A DNA stretch of 63,818 nucleotides, counting the filler, from Octopus bimaculoides (taxonomy: Eukaryota), in assembly GCF_001194135.2 (NCBI RefSeq). It is 5 parts of 4 records of this genome, joined end to end, with 100 filler letters (N's around TTAATTAATTAA, not from the genome) between each part and the next. Parts side by side here need not be neighbours in the genome. Positions count along the whole stretch, not along the records: positions 36,711 to 56,039 come from NC_068984.1; positions 56,140 to 57,804 come from NC_068991.1; positions 57,905 to 63,818 come from NC_068997.1; 2 more parts are not named here. One strand, written 5' to 3'. Both the position numbers and the translations under genes were made by a program. Under the pieces are notes generated by a model. The model had not been told where the DNA came from. It made no database searches and worked only from the letters and a program-made list of their open reading frames with translations. Every line of letters begins with the position of its first letter. The stretch's first letter is position 1. Below, piece by piece: positions 51,911-63,818 of this stretch.

Positions 51911-52151
51911 CATATATATATGGGTATATATGTATGTATACATATATATGTATGTATATGTGTATGTATAAATATATATGTCTGAATGTGTGTGTGTATG
52001 TTTAGATAACACAGACATAGGCAAATTTATATACGGGCGAATATATACGCGTCTCTGCGCTTGTGTATAGTTACATATATAAATGAAGATACCTCTGAAT
52101 TCATATATTTACAAATTTGATTACAATAATGAAAACTAGCGGACAGACACG

Positions 52152-52211
<60 letters not shown>

Positions 52212-52294
52212 TCCCTTACAAGTTTTATATTTGGTTTTGTGTTGCACTATTTACAGCTTTGTATGTCTATGAGCATACAGAATACGCTGCAAAT

Positions 52295-52351
<57 letters not shown>

Positions 52352-52906
52352 TACGCTATTGCATTCTTTTTTTTTTCCATTATCGATTCCATGGCAAGTC
52401 GTGTAACGAGGACATAAATATATTCACATATTCAATACATACCTACGTTGGTAATCTTGAGAAAAGCAACGAGCGGCACGTTATCTGTTTGTCATAAAAA
52501 CATAGTTTGTCATGTTAAACATTTTAAAGTAGAACTTATGTAAACCTATTCTTTAGAATTTCTAATCAGTTTTGTGGATCTGCCTGCTCCAACCTATGTA
52601 GAAATTATCTTTTTTTTCCTAACATTTTATATTTTTAACTCTTCAGTTTTTTATATTTTCTAAATGCCTATCGCCATGTTGAATGCATTAATTTTTTTTT
52701 ATGTTTGTGTGTGGATAACTTTGTTTGCTATGTAAATTAATCTTTATCATTATGTTGGCAATTGCATTGAAGTATAAAGTTTACTGATGGTTGCAAAATA
52801 ACACTGAAAACAGTCCTGGATTGTATGACCTACACACCGAAATAATTAATCTACAATTAATGTACAATATAATTATACGACTATTTAAAAATAAGTTATG
52901 AAATAT

Positions 52907-53013
52907 AAACAATTGCAGCGTGGAAGGTGTTTAGAAGCCATTTAAAAACATACAAAAACCGTGTTTGTGTGTTTTTAAATGGCTTATAAATACTTTCTAC
53001 GCTACAATTGTTT
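52907..53013. repeat. Near-perfect palindrome/hairpin with about 50-bp arms
   Basis: AAACAATTGCAGCGTGGAAGGTGTTTAGAAGCCATTTAAAAACATACAA pairs with TTGTGTGTTTTTAAATGGCTTATAAATACTTTCTACGCTACAATTGTTT; loop about 7 nt. Confidence 0.9.
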
Positions 53014-53802
53014 TTGTTTCAGCACACGATCTAAGATCAAGTTACTTGCTATGCAAGTACATCTCCGTAATTATGTAATATAATTATAGAATTAATCATT
53101 TTGATTGTTGATAGGCGTAGAGATGACTGGGTGGTTAAGAAATTCGATTTGCACCTTCTTTTGTGTTTAGTGTCTGTGACCGGCATTTTGGTGTAGGGCC
53201 GACCAATGCCTTGTAAAAGAATTTAATAAGCGGAAACTGCATGGAATCCAGTCGAAATTTGACTGCGACTTACTGATGTAAGAAACCTTTAGAAAGAAAC
53301 CCTACATGAATTCAAGCAGTAAATAAGAGTTGATGCGAAATATATTCAATTCAGTTTTTGAAAAGGAGACTGTGAAAGTGTCAAATGTCAGATATGGGTT
53401 AAAGAACTTTATCATTCTAAACCAACTGTAAAGCTAATATGAAACTATTAGAAATCTAAAATAGTTGTGTATCTAGTGAAACACACGCATACTCACGTGC
53501 GCGCGCATGAGTACATATTTACTAAAGTCTGCTTTATGTTCAGTTTTACTAAAAGAATTTCACCTTAATCAGTTGGGTTACTCTATTCACGCCTCTGACA
53601 AAGACGAAGCCGTTGAAATCAGATGTCTGATAAAAGCAGTAGTTCCCATCATGGGGCCTGTGAAGGCCTAGTAGTCTGCAAGGATAGTACTGGGGGTCCC
53701 TGAACTACATTCAAAATTTCATATATATATACATATATACATACATGTATATATATATATANNNNNNNNNNTATATGTGTGCGTGTGTGTGTGTGTGTGT
53801 GT

Positions 53803-53844
<42 letters not shown>

Positions 53845-53919
53845 ATTTGAGGATGGCCATGTTGCCAGTTTAGCCAATAAACCATCTCCAAATACAGCAA
53901 TATCTGCTTCAACGCACGA

Positions 53920-54030
53920 ATTGAAAGCCAAAGTCAACCTCGGTGGAATTTGAGCTCAAAATGTAAAAACTGACGAAATACCGCTAAGCATTTCGCCCTG
54001 CGTCCTAACGTTTATGCCAGCTCACCGCCT
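53920..54030 (-). mobile_element. SINE family B, partial
   Basis: GAAAGCCAAAGTCAACCTCGGTGGAATTTGAGCTCA...TGCCAGCTCACCGCC. Confidence 0.8.
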
Positions 54031-54154
54031 TTGCACACAAATTGAGAGCGCGCACACACATCTATATAAAGAGAGAGCAAGAGAGATGGGGAATGTAAAT
54101 ATACTTGTATAAATATATATATATACACTCATACACACATACAAATACGAATGT

Positions 54155-54290
54155 ACCGTAGGCTCGAAACGTAAAAGGCTTTCTCACCTTTCCGAGTGTT
54201 AAACTAATACACATGTTTGTTGTTTATACATCTGTTTTCGTCTTTTGTTTTTCTTTGAATTTCAACTACATAAATATATTTTTTCTTTAT
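54155..54290 (+). mobile_element. Repeat family G copy, 5'-truncated
   Basis: CCGTAGGCTCGAAACGTAAAAGGCTTTCTCACC...TTAAACTAATACAC.TGTTTGTTGTTTA. Confidence 0.7.
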
Positions 54291-54296
54291 ATAAAA

Positions 54297-54589
54297 CTAG
54301 CAAACGCCCCCCCCCCACCCCGTCCATTGGACGATTTGTAGAGATGAAGAGGGCTAACTTGGACGGTATTATGGAAGTTTCAATCATCCGATGCACAGGT
54401 CATAAAGATTACAAAAATAGCGATTCTCACCTTGAAACTGACAATTTTGAAAATCTTTTTAGATTACGGAACACGCCGCTCTCTCATGAATCCATGTTTA
54501 AAATGTCAGCACGATCGGATGAACAATACTCGAGTTATAAGCACACACAAAAAACAGACAGACAGACAGAATGGGATTTATATATTAGA
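54297..54589 (-). mobile_element. Non-autonomous Helitron (Lep1-like architecture)
   Basis: Minus strand: host A | TC start (TCTAATATATAAA), then (CTGT)n near the 5' end. Hairpin CGTCC-AAT-GGACG (54320-54332) lies about 20 nt before the 3' CTAG | host T. These termini and the AT insertion site are Helitron hallmarks. Confidence 0.75.
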
Positions 54590-55054
54590 TTAAAGATAAA
54601 ATCACTATAATGATTTTATCAAATGGCCAGCGTGAAATAAGATTTATAGGTAACATTTCATACTAATTTATACAACCCGTGCTATTGGATTATTAAAGTG
54701 GTTTTAGAGCCATTTGGCGTCTATTGCTAGGGTGCTGGTCTGGTCAATCCGTACTCTTTAATATAATTAGATATATAATTATAAATGAGTATGCATAAAG
54801 ATATGTTTATTTACATACATGTGTATATGTTTCTCTTACTCCCTGTCAGTCTGCTTATTTATAAATCCATCTAAGCGTCTATCTTTCTATCTATGCACAA
54901 CGATCTTCTGCGCGTTTCTGTCTGCCAGGCATTAATTCACAAGTCTAAAGGAAACTATAGAAAAAAATCTTCAGACGCTGTTCTATGTAATCGAAACTGG
55001 AATATCGTTATTGCGAAGCCTTATTCCTTATAACACAGCTACACACCTGTCTGT

Positions 55055-55438
55055 GGAGGCACAATGACGCAGTGGTTAGGGCAGCGGACTCGCGGTCATA
55101 GGATCACGGTTTCGATTCCCAGACCGGGCGTTGTGAGTGTTTATTGAGCGAAAACACCTAAAGCTTCACGAGGCACTGGCAGGGGTTGTTAGCGAACTCT
55201 GCTGTATTCTTTCACCACAACATTCTCTCACTCTTTCATCCTGTTTCTGTTGTACCTGTATTTCAAAGGGGCCAGCTTTGTCACACTCTGCGTCACGCTG
55301 AATGTCCCCGAAAAACTACGTTAAGGTACACGTATCTGTTGGGTGCTCTGCCACTTGCACGTTAATTTCACGAGTAAGCAGTTCCGTTGATCGGGTCAAC
55401 TGGAACTCTCGTCGTCGTAACCAATGGAGTGTCACGAC
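55055..55438 (+). mobile_element. tRNA-derived SINE family A, full length
   Basis: Co-linear with the 5612 copy; flanked by the direct repeat ACCTGTCT (55045-55052 and 55441-55448). Confidence 0.9.
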
Positions 55439-55986
55439 ATACCTGTCTACTTATGATATTGTATAATGCTAGCTTTTATATAAAGCTATTGTTTCTTCAG
55501 TTTTATTATTGAGAAAGAATTATGAGGAAATCTCCACAAAATGCAAGAAACGAAACCCTCAAGTTGTATTCAAGAAACTTTAATAATAAGGCTGTCACAA
55601 AAAGGAATACACACTCTCACGCCATTTAGAGAAATGTGCAGCGATGTTAAAACGCTGAATGACAATGCTTCTTGTACATATAAGCTTTAATACAATGCTA
55701 CATCGATGATAATAAATAACGAATATAGAACTATGAAATATTTGCATTAATGGAAATATTCAAGCAAGAAACAATCATTGGATATTGGTATGATATCGAA
55801 CACAGTTGAATAATTACCGAAGAGAAGAAAACAAAAAAATAAAACGGAAGAAAATATAAGAAGGGGGGCACAATGTTTTTTTTTTATCGAAATATCATAC
55901 AAACAGTCACAAAATATACATATGTTATCTTGTAAAATACTTTTATACACATAGCAAGAACTGGCAAAGAAAAGGTACATATGTAT

Positions 55987-56039
<53 letters not shown>

Positions 56040-56762
56040 NNNNNNNNNNNNNNNNNNNNNNNNNNNNNNNNNNNNNNNNNNNNTTAATTAATTAANNNNN
56101 NNNNNNNNNNNNNNNNNNNNNNNNNNNNNNNNNNNNNNNAGAAGGAATGTGAGGAGGTAATGTGGAGAGGGTATGTATGTATCAAACATCTCTATCCAAT
56201 ATGCTATGGACATTAAAAGCCGTCTTTTAATGTCCATGTAATTTTGGATATGGATGTTACACACACACACACACACACACATATAATATATATATATATA
56301 TACATACACGCGCGCGCGCACACTTATATATGTAACATCCCTATCCAATATATGGACATTAAAAGACGGTAGAATATGTCACCCCTACATAAAATGAACC
56401 ACCACTACTAAGGCCAGAAAACACAGAGGGCGGTGTAACAAACGTGAACTCTCTGTCACTGTAAAACTAAATGATATGCTGTCAACAAGTACATCCTAAA
56501 TATTTGGGGTGAAATCTCGCCCTGCATATTGAAAAAATACTTCACATTTAAGCACTTCAAGACGACATACCACCTGCGCCACTAATGCCACCAAGATAGC
56601 GCCTTCTTTATACTAGAAATGGGAATATACATAACACAGGTACTCCACACATAATAGAAATATTCCTCCTTGACGAACTACCTCAGTACACAAGCATAAG
56701 ATCACATACACNNNNNNNNNNTACACCCAGAATATAATATAAGATAGCGCAAACAAATTTAC

Positions 56763-56920
56763 CATCCAACGTGACTGTTTGCCCAAGAACCAAATTGAAA
56801 GATGATACCCAAGTGTAGCGCACATTGATTTATCGTTTTCTTTGAGAATATCCGCGAATGCAACGAGATTTTCTGTTTTTATCCAAAATGAAGACGAATA
56901 CCATTCCTCCATATGATCGG
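56763..56920 (-). CDS. Candidate internal coding exon, unknown protein
   Basis: Acceptor TCTTAATTTCTTTTAG| and donor GATG|GTAAAT; 158 nt. The phase-1 frame is open (DHMEEWYSSSFWIKTENLVAFADILKENDKSMCATLGYHLSIWFLGKQSRWM) and the other two frames are closed. No homology recognised. Confidence 0.3.
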
Positions 56921-57974
56921 CTAAAAGAAATTAAGATATTAAGATATTTTCATATTTTCCTTAACATGAAACTAACATGGTAGCCTTATCACGCAAATGA
57001 AGAAATCCTATCTACCAATGCGGTGCTGAGCACTCATTTTTATTGTTCCACATTTACGTATATATATATAAAATAATAAATCCCCCCAAAAAATGAAGAA
57101 CAAACAAAAACAANNNNNNNNNNNNNNNNNNNNNNNNNNNNNNNNNNNNNNNNNNNNNNNNNNNNNNNNNNNNNNNNNNNNNNNNNNNNNNNNNNNNNNN
57201 NNNNNNNNNNNNNNNNNNNNNNNNNNNNNNNNNNNNNNNNNNNNNNNNNNNNNNNNNNNNNNNNNNNNNNNNNNNNNNNNNNNNNNNNNNNNNNNNNNNN
57301 NNNNNNNNNNNNNNNNNNNNNNNNNNNNNNNNNNNNNNNNNNNNNNNNNNNNNNNNNNNNNNNNNNNNNNNNNNNNNNNNNNNNNNNNNNNNNNNNNNNN
57401 NNNNNNNNNNNNNNNNNNNNNNNNNNNNNNNNNNNNNNNNNNNNNNNNNNNNNNNNNNNNNNNNNNNNNNNNNNNNNNNNNNNNNNNNNNNNNNNNNNNN
57501 NNNNNNNNNNNNNNNNNNNNNNNNNNNNNNNNNNNNNNNNNNNNNNNNNNNNNNNNNNNNNNNNNNNNNNNNNNNNNNNNNNNNNNNNNNNNNNNNNNNN
57601 NNNNNNNNNNNNNNNNNNNNNNNNNNNNNNNNNNNNNNNNNNNNNNNNNNNNNNNNNNNNNNNNNNNNNNNNNNNNNNNNNNNNNNNNNNTACAATTTCA
57701 CAAATTCGAACGCACCGTGCACACTCACACAGACACTTGCGCACATGCATAAACGCAAAGGTACATACACACGCACAGAGATGCACATATTCATACACGT
57801 AAACNNNNNNNNNNNNNNNNNNNNNNNNNNNNNNNNNNNNNNNNNNNNTTAATTAATTAANNNNNNNNNNNNNNNNNNNNNNNNNNNNNNNNNNNNNNNN
57901 NNNNGTGGCTTTGTTGCCCTGTTGCGCCTCCGCCACCCGGGCCTCTCGTGCGGCTCCAACACCTTCGTTTCTTA

Positions 57975-58003
57975 GAGCACAGATAGATAGATAGATAGAC
58001 AGG

Positions 58004-58079
<76 letters not shown>

Positions 58080-58106
58080 AAGATAGATACATAGATACAT
58101 AGATAC

Positions 58107-58159
<53 letters not shown>

Positions 58160-58225
58160 CACACACATACATACATACATACATACAAACAGAGAGAGAG
58201 AAAGAAAGAGAGAGAGAGAGATAGT
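57975..58225. repeat. Compound microsatellite (GATA)n/(GACA)n/(CATA)n/(GA)n
   Basis: Directly visible. Confidence 0.95.
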
Positions 58226-58721
58226 ATATACAAACTCACACACATAAGCATGCACACACAAATATACACTCACACACACACACACACATAATTTGTAGAT
58301 AATAAATGCGTATGCTCCCATGTTCCTCTTTTCAGTTCATATCTACTTACAACGTCGAAAATATGTTGATCACTATGATGAGACAATAATTGTCTGTTAT
58401 GTGAACACTATGTCAAGAATGTGACCTATATTGTCTTCAGCTGTTGACAAATGTCTCCCTCGTTTCCAACAAGGCATGAAGGTACCATGAAATAAAATCC
58501 TCTGCGATGCAAATTATTGAAAGAATAACATACAAGGAGTTATTAAGAGGGTACAGTTGTACGGAATCCGATCTAAATGGCTTCCAGTTACGAAGAATAT
58601 TGGTGGAATGCTCCTGTGTCTCTATATATGTGTCGTGTATGTATAGATATATATGTGTATATATACACATATATGTGTGTGTATGTGCACAGAATAGTTA
58701 TATATGTGTATGTGTGTATGT

Positions 58722-58758
<37 letters not shown>

Positions 58759-59723
58759 TCGTCTTATATATATNNNNNNNNNNNNNNNNNNNNNNNNNNN
58801 NNNNNNNNNNNNNNNNNNNNNNNNNNNNNNNNNNNNNNNNNNNNNNNNNNNNNNNNNNNNNNNNNNNNNNNNNNNNNNNNNNNNNNNNNNNNNNNNNNNN
58901 NNNNNNNNNNNNNNNNNNNNNNNNNNNNNNNNNNNNNNNNNNNNNNNNNNNNNNNNNNNNNNNNNNNNNNNNNNNNNNNNNNNNNNNNNNNNNNNNNNNN
59001 NNNNNNNNNNNNNNNNNNNNNNNNNNNNNNNNNNNNNNNNNNNNNNNNNNNNNNNNNNNNNNNNNNNNNNNNNNNNNNNNNNNNNNNNNNNNNNNNNNNN
59101 NNNNNNNNNNNNNNNNNNNNNNNNNNNNNNNNNNNNNNNNNNNNNNNNNNNNNNNNNNNNNNNNNNNNNNNNNNNNNNNNNNNNNNNNNNNNNNNNNNNN
59201 NNNNNNNNNNNNNNNNNNNNNNNNNNNNNNNNNNNNNNNNNNNNNNNNNNNNNNNNNNNNNNNNNNNNNNNNNNNNNNNNNNNNNNNNNNNNNNNNNNNN
59301 NNNNNNNNNNNNNNNNNNNNNNNNNNNNNNNNNNNNNNNNNNNNNNNNNNNNNNNNNNNNNNNNNNNNNNNNNNNNNNNNNNNNNNNNNNNNNNNNNNNN
59401 NNNNNNNNNNNNNNNNNNNNNNNNNNNNNNNNNNNNNNNNNNNNNNNNNNNNNNNNNNNNNNNNNNNNNNNNNNNNNNNNNNNNNNNNNNNNNNNNNNNN
59501 NNNNNNNNNNNNNNNNNNNNNNNNNNNNNNNNNNNNNNNNNNNNNNNNNNNNNNNNNNNNNNNNNNNNNNNNNNNNNNNNNNNNNNNNNNNNNNNNNNNN
59601 NNNNNNNNNNNNNNNNNNNNNNNNNNNNNNNNNNNNNNNNNNNNNNNNNNNNNNNNNNNNNNNNNNNNNNNNNNNNNNNNNNNNNNNNNNNNNNNNNNNN
59701 NNNNNNNNNNNNNNNNNNNNNNN

Positions 59724-59784
<61 letters not shown>

Positions 59785-59926
59785 GAATGTTGATGAGATA
59801 ACAATAAGAAAAATATTGGACGTTGCTATGTCTTAGAAATAATTTTAGACAAAGATAAACAAACAGAAACATTCACAACGTCTTTCATTTTATCCGAAAC
59901 TGGATGTTTGTCTGTCATCTTTTCAG

Positions 59927-59974
59927 AGCTTTTCTGTCAGCTTGGAGAAGCTCATTGACAGTGACACTATAAAG
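59927..59974 (+). CDS. Candidate 48-nt phase-0/0 exon
   Basis: Acceptor TGTCATCTTTTCAG| and donor AAG|GTATAT; reads SFSVSLEKLIDSDTIK. Signal-only evidence. Confidence 0.2.
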
Positions 59975-60001
59975 GTATATGTATGTGTATGTAGATATAT
60001 A

Positions 60002-60043
<42 letters not shown>

Positions 60044-60894
60044 TGCGCGTTTGTGTGTGAGTGTGTATATATATATATACATATATATATATACAAACGT
60101 ACATTATATATATATATACACATATGTACAAGTGTGTGTGCGTGTGAAAGTGACACTATAATGTATATGCATGTAGGTATATATATGTGTGTTTGTGTGA
60201 GTGTATACATACATATATGCATAATACATATATATGTATAAATATATATACAAATGTACATTATATATGTGTGTGTGTATGTGTGAGTGCGTATATGTTT
60301 GTGTGTATCTATGTATATATGTATTATACGAATTGTTATACGCCTATGTTTATATATATATACACATATATACATGTGTGTGTGAGTGTGCGTTTGTGTG
60401 TGTGTGTGTTTGTGTGTGTGTGTTTAGGCGCATGCTTAATGTTGCTATCTTTACACTTGGTTTCGTTCCATGTCAGCTCGTATTCAGTAGACCTGTGATC
60501 AAAGACATTCCAGACAAGACCACCACCAGCCCTTTTTTTACGGGGTGGATGCCTTCGTACGTAGGACTGCATTATCTAGTGTTTCCATTCCCTCTTTCAT
60601 GTCCACGGTATGTAATTTGAACGCTAGTTGACTGGTATTTCTAGCATATATCATGACCCCTTTGCGCAGCCTCATTGTCTTCTTCAAAAACCTTTCTTTC
60701 GTGTAATGGCAATTAATATTGTTAAGTCATAATTCATTTAATTTCGAAGGTGATCGTTATGTATGAACATTCAGCTATTGTGTCCAAGTATTTACCTATT
60801 AAATTAGTTGGTCATTATATATATATACATATACATATATACATACGTATGTAAATACATATATATACATATATATATATACATATATGTAGTT

Positions 60895-61015
60895 GGTTGG
60901 TAAAAAGCTTCCTTCCCAACTACAGAGTTCATTTCCACTGAGTGGCACTTTGGGCAAGTGTCTTCTACTATAGCCTTGTGAGCGGATTTGGTAGACGGAA
61001 ACTTAAAGCTCATCG
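60895..61015 (+). mobile_element. SINE family C head/CORE fragment with a deletion
   Basis: GGCACTTTGGGCAAGTGTCTTCTACTATAGCCTTGTGAGCGGATTTGGTAGACGGAAAC. Confidence 0.8.
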
Positions 61016-61917
61016 TATATATATATATCGATGAGGATAGAAAACTCCGAATGAGCCGTCCTTGTTTTCTTTGTATCGTTTGACTGGATGTTTTGCGTTC
61101 ATGTCCCATCTTTGTATTTATATATANNNNNNNNNNNNNNNNNNNNNNNNNNNNNNNNNNNNNNNNNNNTATGTATGTATGTATGTTTGTATTACATTAA
61201 ACTTGTTAGCCATCAGAAATTCTATTCATCTTTAATAATTTTCATCTTCAGCATAAGACCAAAACATTAAAATTCTCTTTTGACACGTGCAAACGTTTGA
61301 CTGCATTTGTGAGAAATTTTGGTGACATTAACCAGAATATTCTGTCACCAAGAGATTTTGGCATTTTGAAGATAACTAGGTCTTTGACATTCCTTCTTCC
61401 TGAAAGTAATAAAATGACACTCATTGAATATTTTAATCTAGTTGCAATGCAATCAACGAAATCTCTTAGACACGTATCACCTACACACACACAAACAACC
61501 ATATTTCATAACACCCGTCTTTCCCGTCTTTTTCCCTCCTGCATGCGCCATGCTTATTTCCCTTACCATTGTACGCTCTTCGGTGCTAGAATTTGAATTT
61601 CTTTCTTCCACTGCTTTCTTTATATTACTAAAAATATTACATCTTCGAGTCATCAACGTATGTTTGATTTTATTTGACTTCATTCAGTCTTTCCCTTTTT
61701 TCTGCCTTGACGAATCACCGCTCTCCGAAACGTCTTATGACGCTGCCTACAGATTTCTCCACAGCTCAGTTAACGAATATTCAGTATGTACAGTGTTCGC
61801 TATGGGGTTGTTTCTTTTTTTTTTTTTTTTGTATTTTTCTTTGCTTTTGTTTTTGCTCGTATGTCAGTTGTGCAAACCACAAACAAACAAACATCAATAA
61901 TGAAATAATAACAACAA

Positions 61918-62130
61918 AGCAACGAGCTGGCAAATTTGTTGGCACACCAGGCAATACGCTTAGCAGTATTTCGTCCGTCTTTACGTCCGAGTTCAAATTC
62001 CGCTGAGGTCGGCTTTGCCTTTCATCCTTTGGGGCTCGACACAATAAGTACCAGTTGATCACTGGAGCAGATGCTATTGACTTGCCCTCACTCCCGAACT
62101 TTCTGGCCTTGTGCCAAAAGTTGAAACCAA
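61918..62130 (+). mobile_element. SINE family B, full length
   Basis: GCAACGAGCTGGCAAA...GAGTTCAAATTCCGCTGAGGTCGGCTTTGCCTTTCATCC...GGCCTTGTGCCAAAAGTTGAAAC. Confidence 0.85.
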
Positions 62131-62478
62131 TATCAAAAACTACTACAAAAGCAACGATACTAATAACTAGCCCTGATAATATCAGCGTCAAGAATTCCTG
62201 GAAATAGCAACTAAATCTCATCTAAATTCCATCCTACCTTTTTAAATAAGAATAGCGAAAGGTTGGATAATATTGTTCTGGGTATCCAAGGCGGTATGAT
62301 CATAACTGGAACGCATTTAAGCGTAAGTCATTTGGATCAGAGCTGACGTTCGGTTAACGAACCACAACAAAACCAACCAAAAGAGTTCAACATTGAGGGA
62401 TAAACACTGCGTGATCGTTTGCTCTATTGGAAACTGCAGTCAGATCTCTCTCTCTCCCTCTCTCTCTCTCTATCTCTA

Positions 62479-62515
<37 letters not shown>

Positions 62516-62902
62516 GTATCTATCGGTCTCTTTATCTATCTATCTCTCCCTCGCTTTCTTTCTTTCTTTCTTTCTTTATTTATTTCCAATCTTAATTTTT
62601 TTTAAATGCACATGACCCAAGGGATAACGTGGTCATAGGTCTACTCAACCAGATTCGTCCTGAGTCTAAACAACAACAGCATTAATAGTACAGAACTACT
62701 ACTTCGAACACCTATATCCCCAACAACTGACCAAAAGCTAATACAACAACAACAACAAAGGCATCAACAACAATAACAAAAACAACAACAACACCGACAT
62801 AAGAGGCATCGGACGACTCTCCTTCCTTACAACAACAGTGAGCCAGTTAATGCGTGTGTGAACAATACATACCCTCGGAAGGGATTTGCTACTGTCGCAA
62901 AC

Positions 62903-62908
62903 ATGGTG
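62903..62908 (+). CDS. Candidate first coding exon (Met-Val) of a gene continuing beyond the window
   Basis: GCAAACATGGTG|GTGAGT combines a strong invertebrate-type start context with a consensus donor. It is preceded by unique CpG-containing, CAA-rich UTR-like sequence and a (CT)n tract at 62445-62580. Confidence 0.4.
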
Positions 62909-63194
62909 GTGAGTTTAGAGTTTGAGGTTGGAGATAGGTATAAATTGTCGTAGATGAGTAATGAACATAGACCCGTCTGTTGCTAGGCATATGAAGACGT
63001 GGGTGCGCACGTGTGTGTATAATAAGTATAACTGTATTCAGTGTGTATCAATTTATCTATTAATCTATTTATTTATCTATCTATTATATATATATACTTA
63101 GTAAGTATATATAAGTATATATAAGAGACCAAAGTGTACGTACGCCGCTATGTGTGTGTGTATATATAAGTTTGTATATATTTATACACACACA

Positions 63195-63818
63195 CAGTGC
63201 GTAGCATTTGTTTATTTCATTTAAAAACTACTCGTTGGAATTCAACGAACTTTCCACAGAATAATGGAAACAGTTATATGCGCACGGTGTGTAAAAGAGG
63301 TGAGGTTTTGCGTCAGTGTAAACAAACTGTGGCCATTTACATGATTTCCGCGAACTTTCAGTGTTCTAAATTATTAACGAGTGATCTGATAATCATGTAA
63401 TTATGGGTCGTAAATGTAACTTAACTGCTTCAGAGAAATCTGTTATTACTTCTGAACTTGCAAAAGGTAAATAAACATTAGAAATATCTAAAATAATTGG
63501 TAGATATCAGCAAACTGTGAAAAGATTTGTTAGAACTCCTACGAAGATGCGTAAGAAAGCTGACAAGGGCTGTTTCTCAACGTTCTCTGTCATGAACTAA
63601 GCGTGAAGCTCTAAAGAACCCAAGTCTTACAAATGGAAAACTTTTCAAGCGCATTGACGAAACGACTGTGACCAGAACTGCCCGATGGCGTCTTCTGAAA
63701 AAGGTCGATAAACCAGTGATATCTGTTAAAAGGTCTCCGTTAAACAAAATACACTTAGAAAATCGTCGAAATGGGCAGAAGATAACATGGAGGTCGACTT
63801 TTCAAAAGTTTTCTTTAC
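63195..63818 (+). mobile_element. Tc1-like DNA transposon, decayed transposase (truncated by window end)
   Basis: ATG at 63403: MGRKCNLTASEKSVITSELAKGK*TLEISKIIGRYQQTVKRFV, frameshift, KREALKNPSLTNGKLF...RWRLLKKV...KRSPLNKIHLE, frameshift, WAEDNMEVDFSKVFF. This is a paired-like HTH leading towards the first catalytic D. CAGTG at 63195 is a possible TIR start. Confidence 0.8.

Noticed and set aside
57905-57975. GC-rich 70-bp stretch next to a linker gap
   Set aside because: Too short and truncated by the gap to assign (possible repeat fragment or misjoin).
58420-58502. Minus-strand RILFHGT (PARP-like word) after a good acceptor
   Set aside because: Downstream residues do not follow the PARP pattern, the donor is weak and frames close before the strong GTAAGT.
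61706-61735. TTGACGA...CCGAAACGTC hammerhead-like string
   Set aside because: C3 is absent and neither stem I nor stem II pairs.

Overview
AT-rich animal genomic DNA from a fragmented assembly, very dense in microsatellites. Many N-gaps sit inside microsatellites, and four are 100-nt placeholder gaps containing an artificial TTAATTAATTAA linker. The repeat families and composition suggest a coleoid cephalopod, probably Octopus (inference, not searched). No complete protein-coding gene can be supported; almost all ORFs in the supplied track are microsatellite or N-run artefacts. What is supportable is a transposon landscape: (1) more than 25 tRNA-derived SINE copies from at least four families; (2) five 5'-truncated R4/Dong-like LINE copies with CCHC and PD-(D/E)xK endonuclease motifs, four in (TAA)n tracts and one divergent copy in (CATA)n; (3) CR1/L2-like 3' ends, a Penelope-like RT remnant, a Tc1-like transposase pseudogene, a Lep1-like non-autonomous Helitron and three foldback/MITE-like inverted repeats; (4) a dispersed repeat carrying a minimal hammerhead-ribozyme-like motif with a variant core. 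A block at about 19.3-34.5 kb is CpG-decayed (matched repeat copies lose CpGs inside it), suggesting a methylated gene body, but only weak candidate exons were found there. A plausible first coding exon (AAACATGGTG|GTGAGT) lies at 62.9 kb. Repeat boundaries are approximate to about 10-20 nt unless stated.
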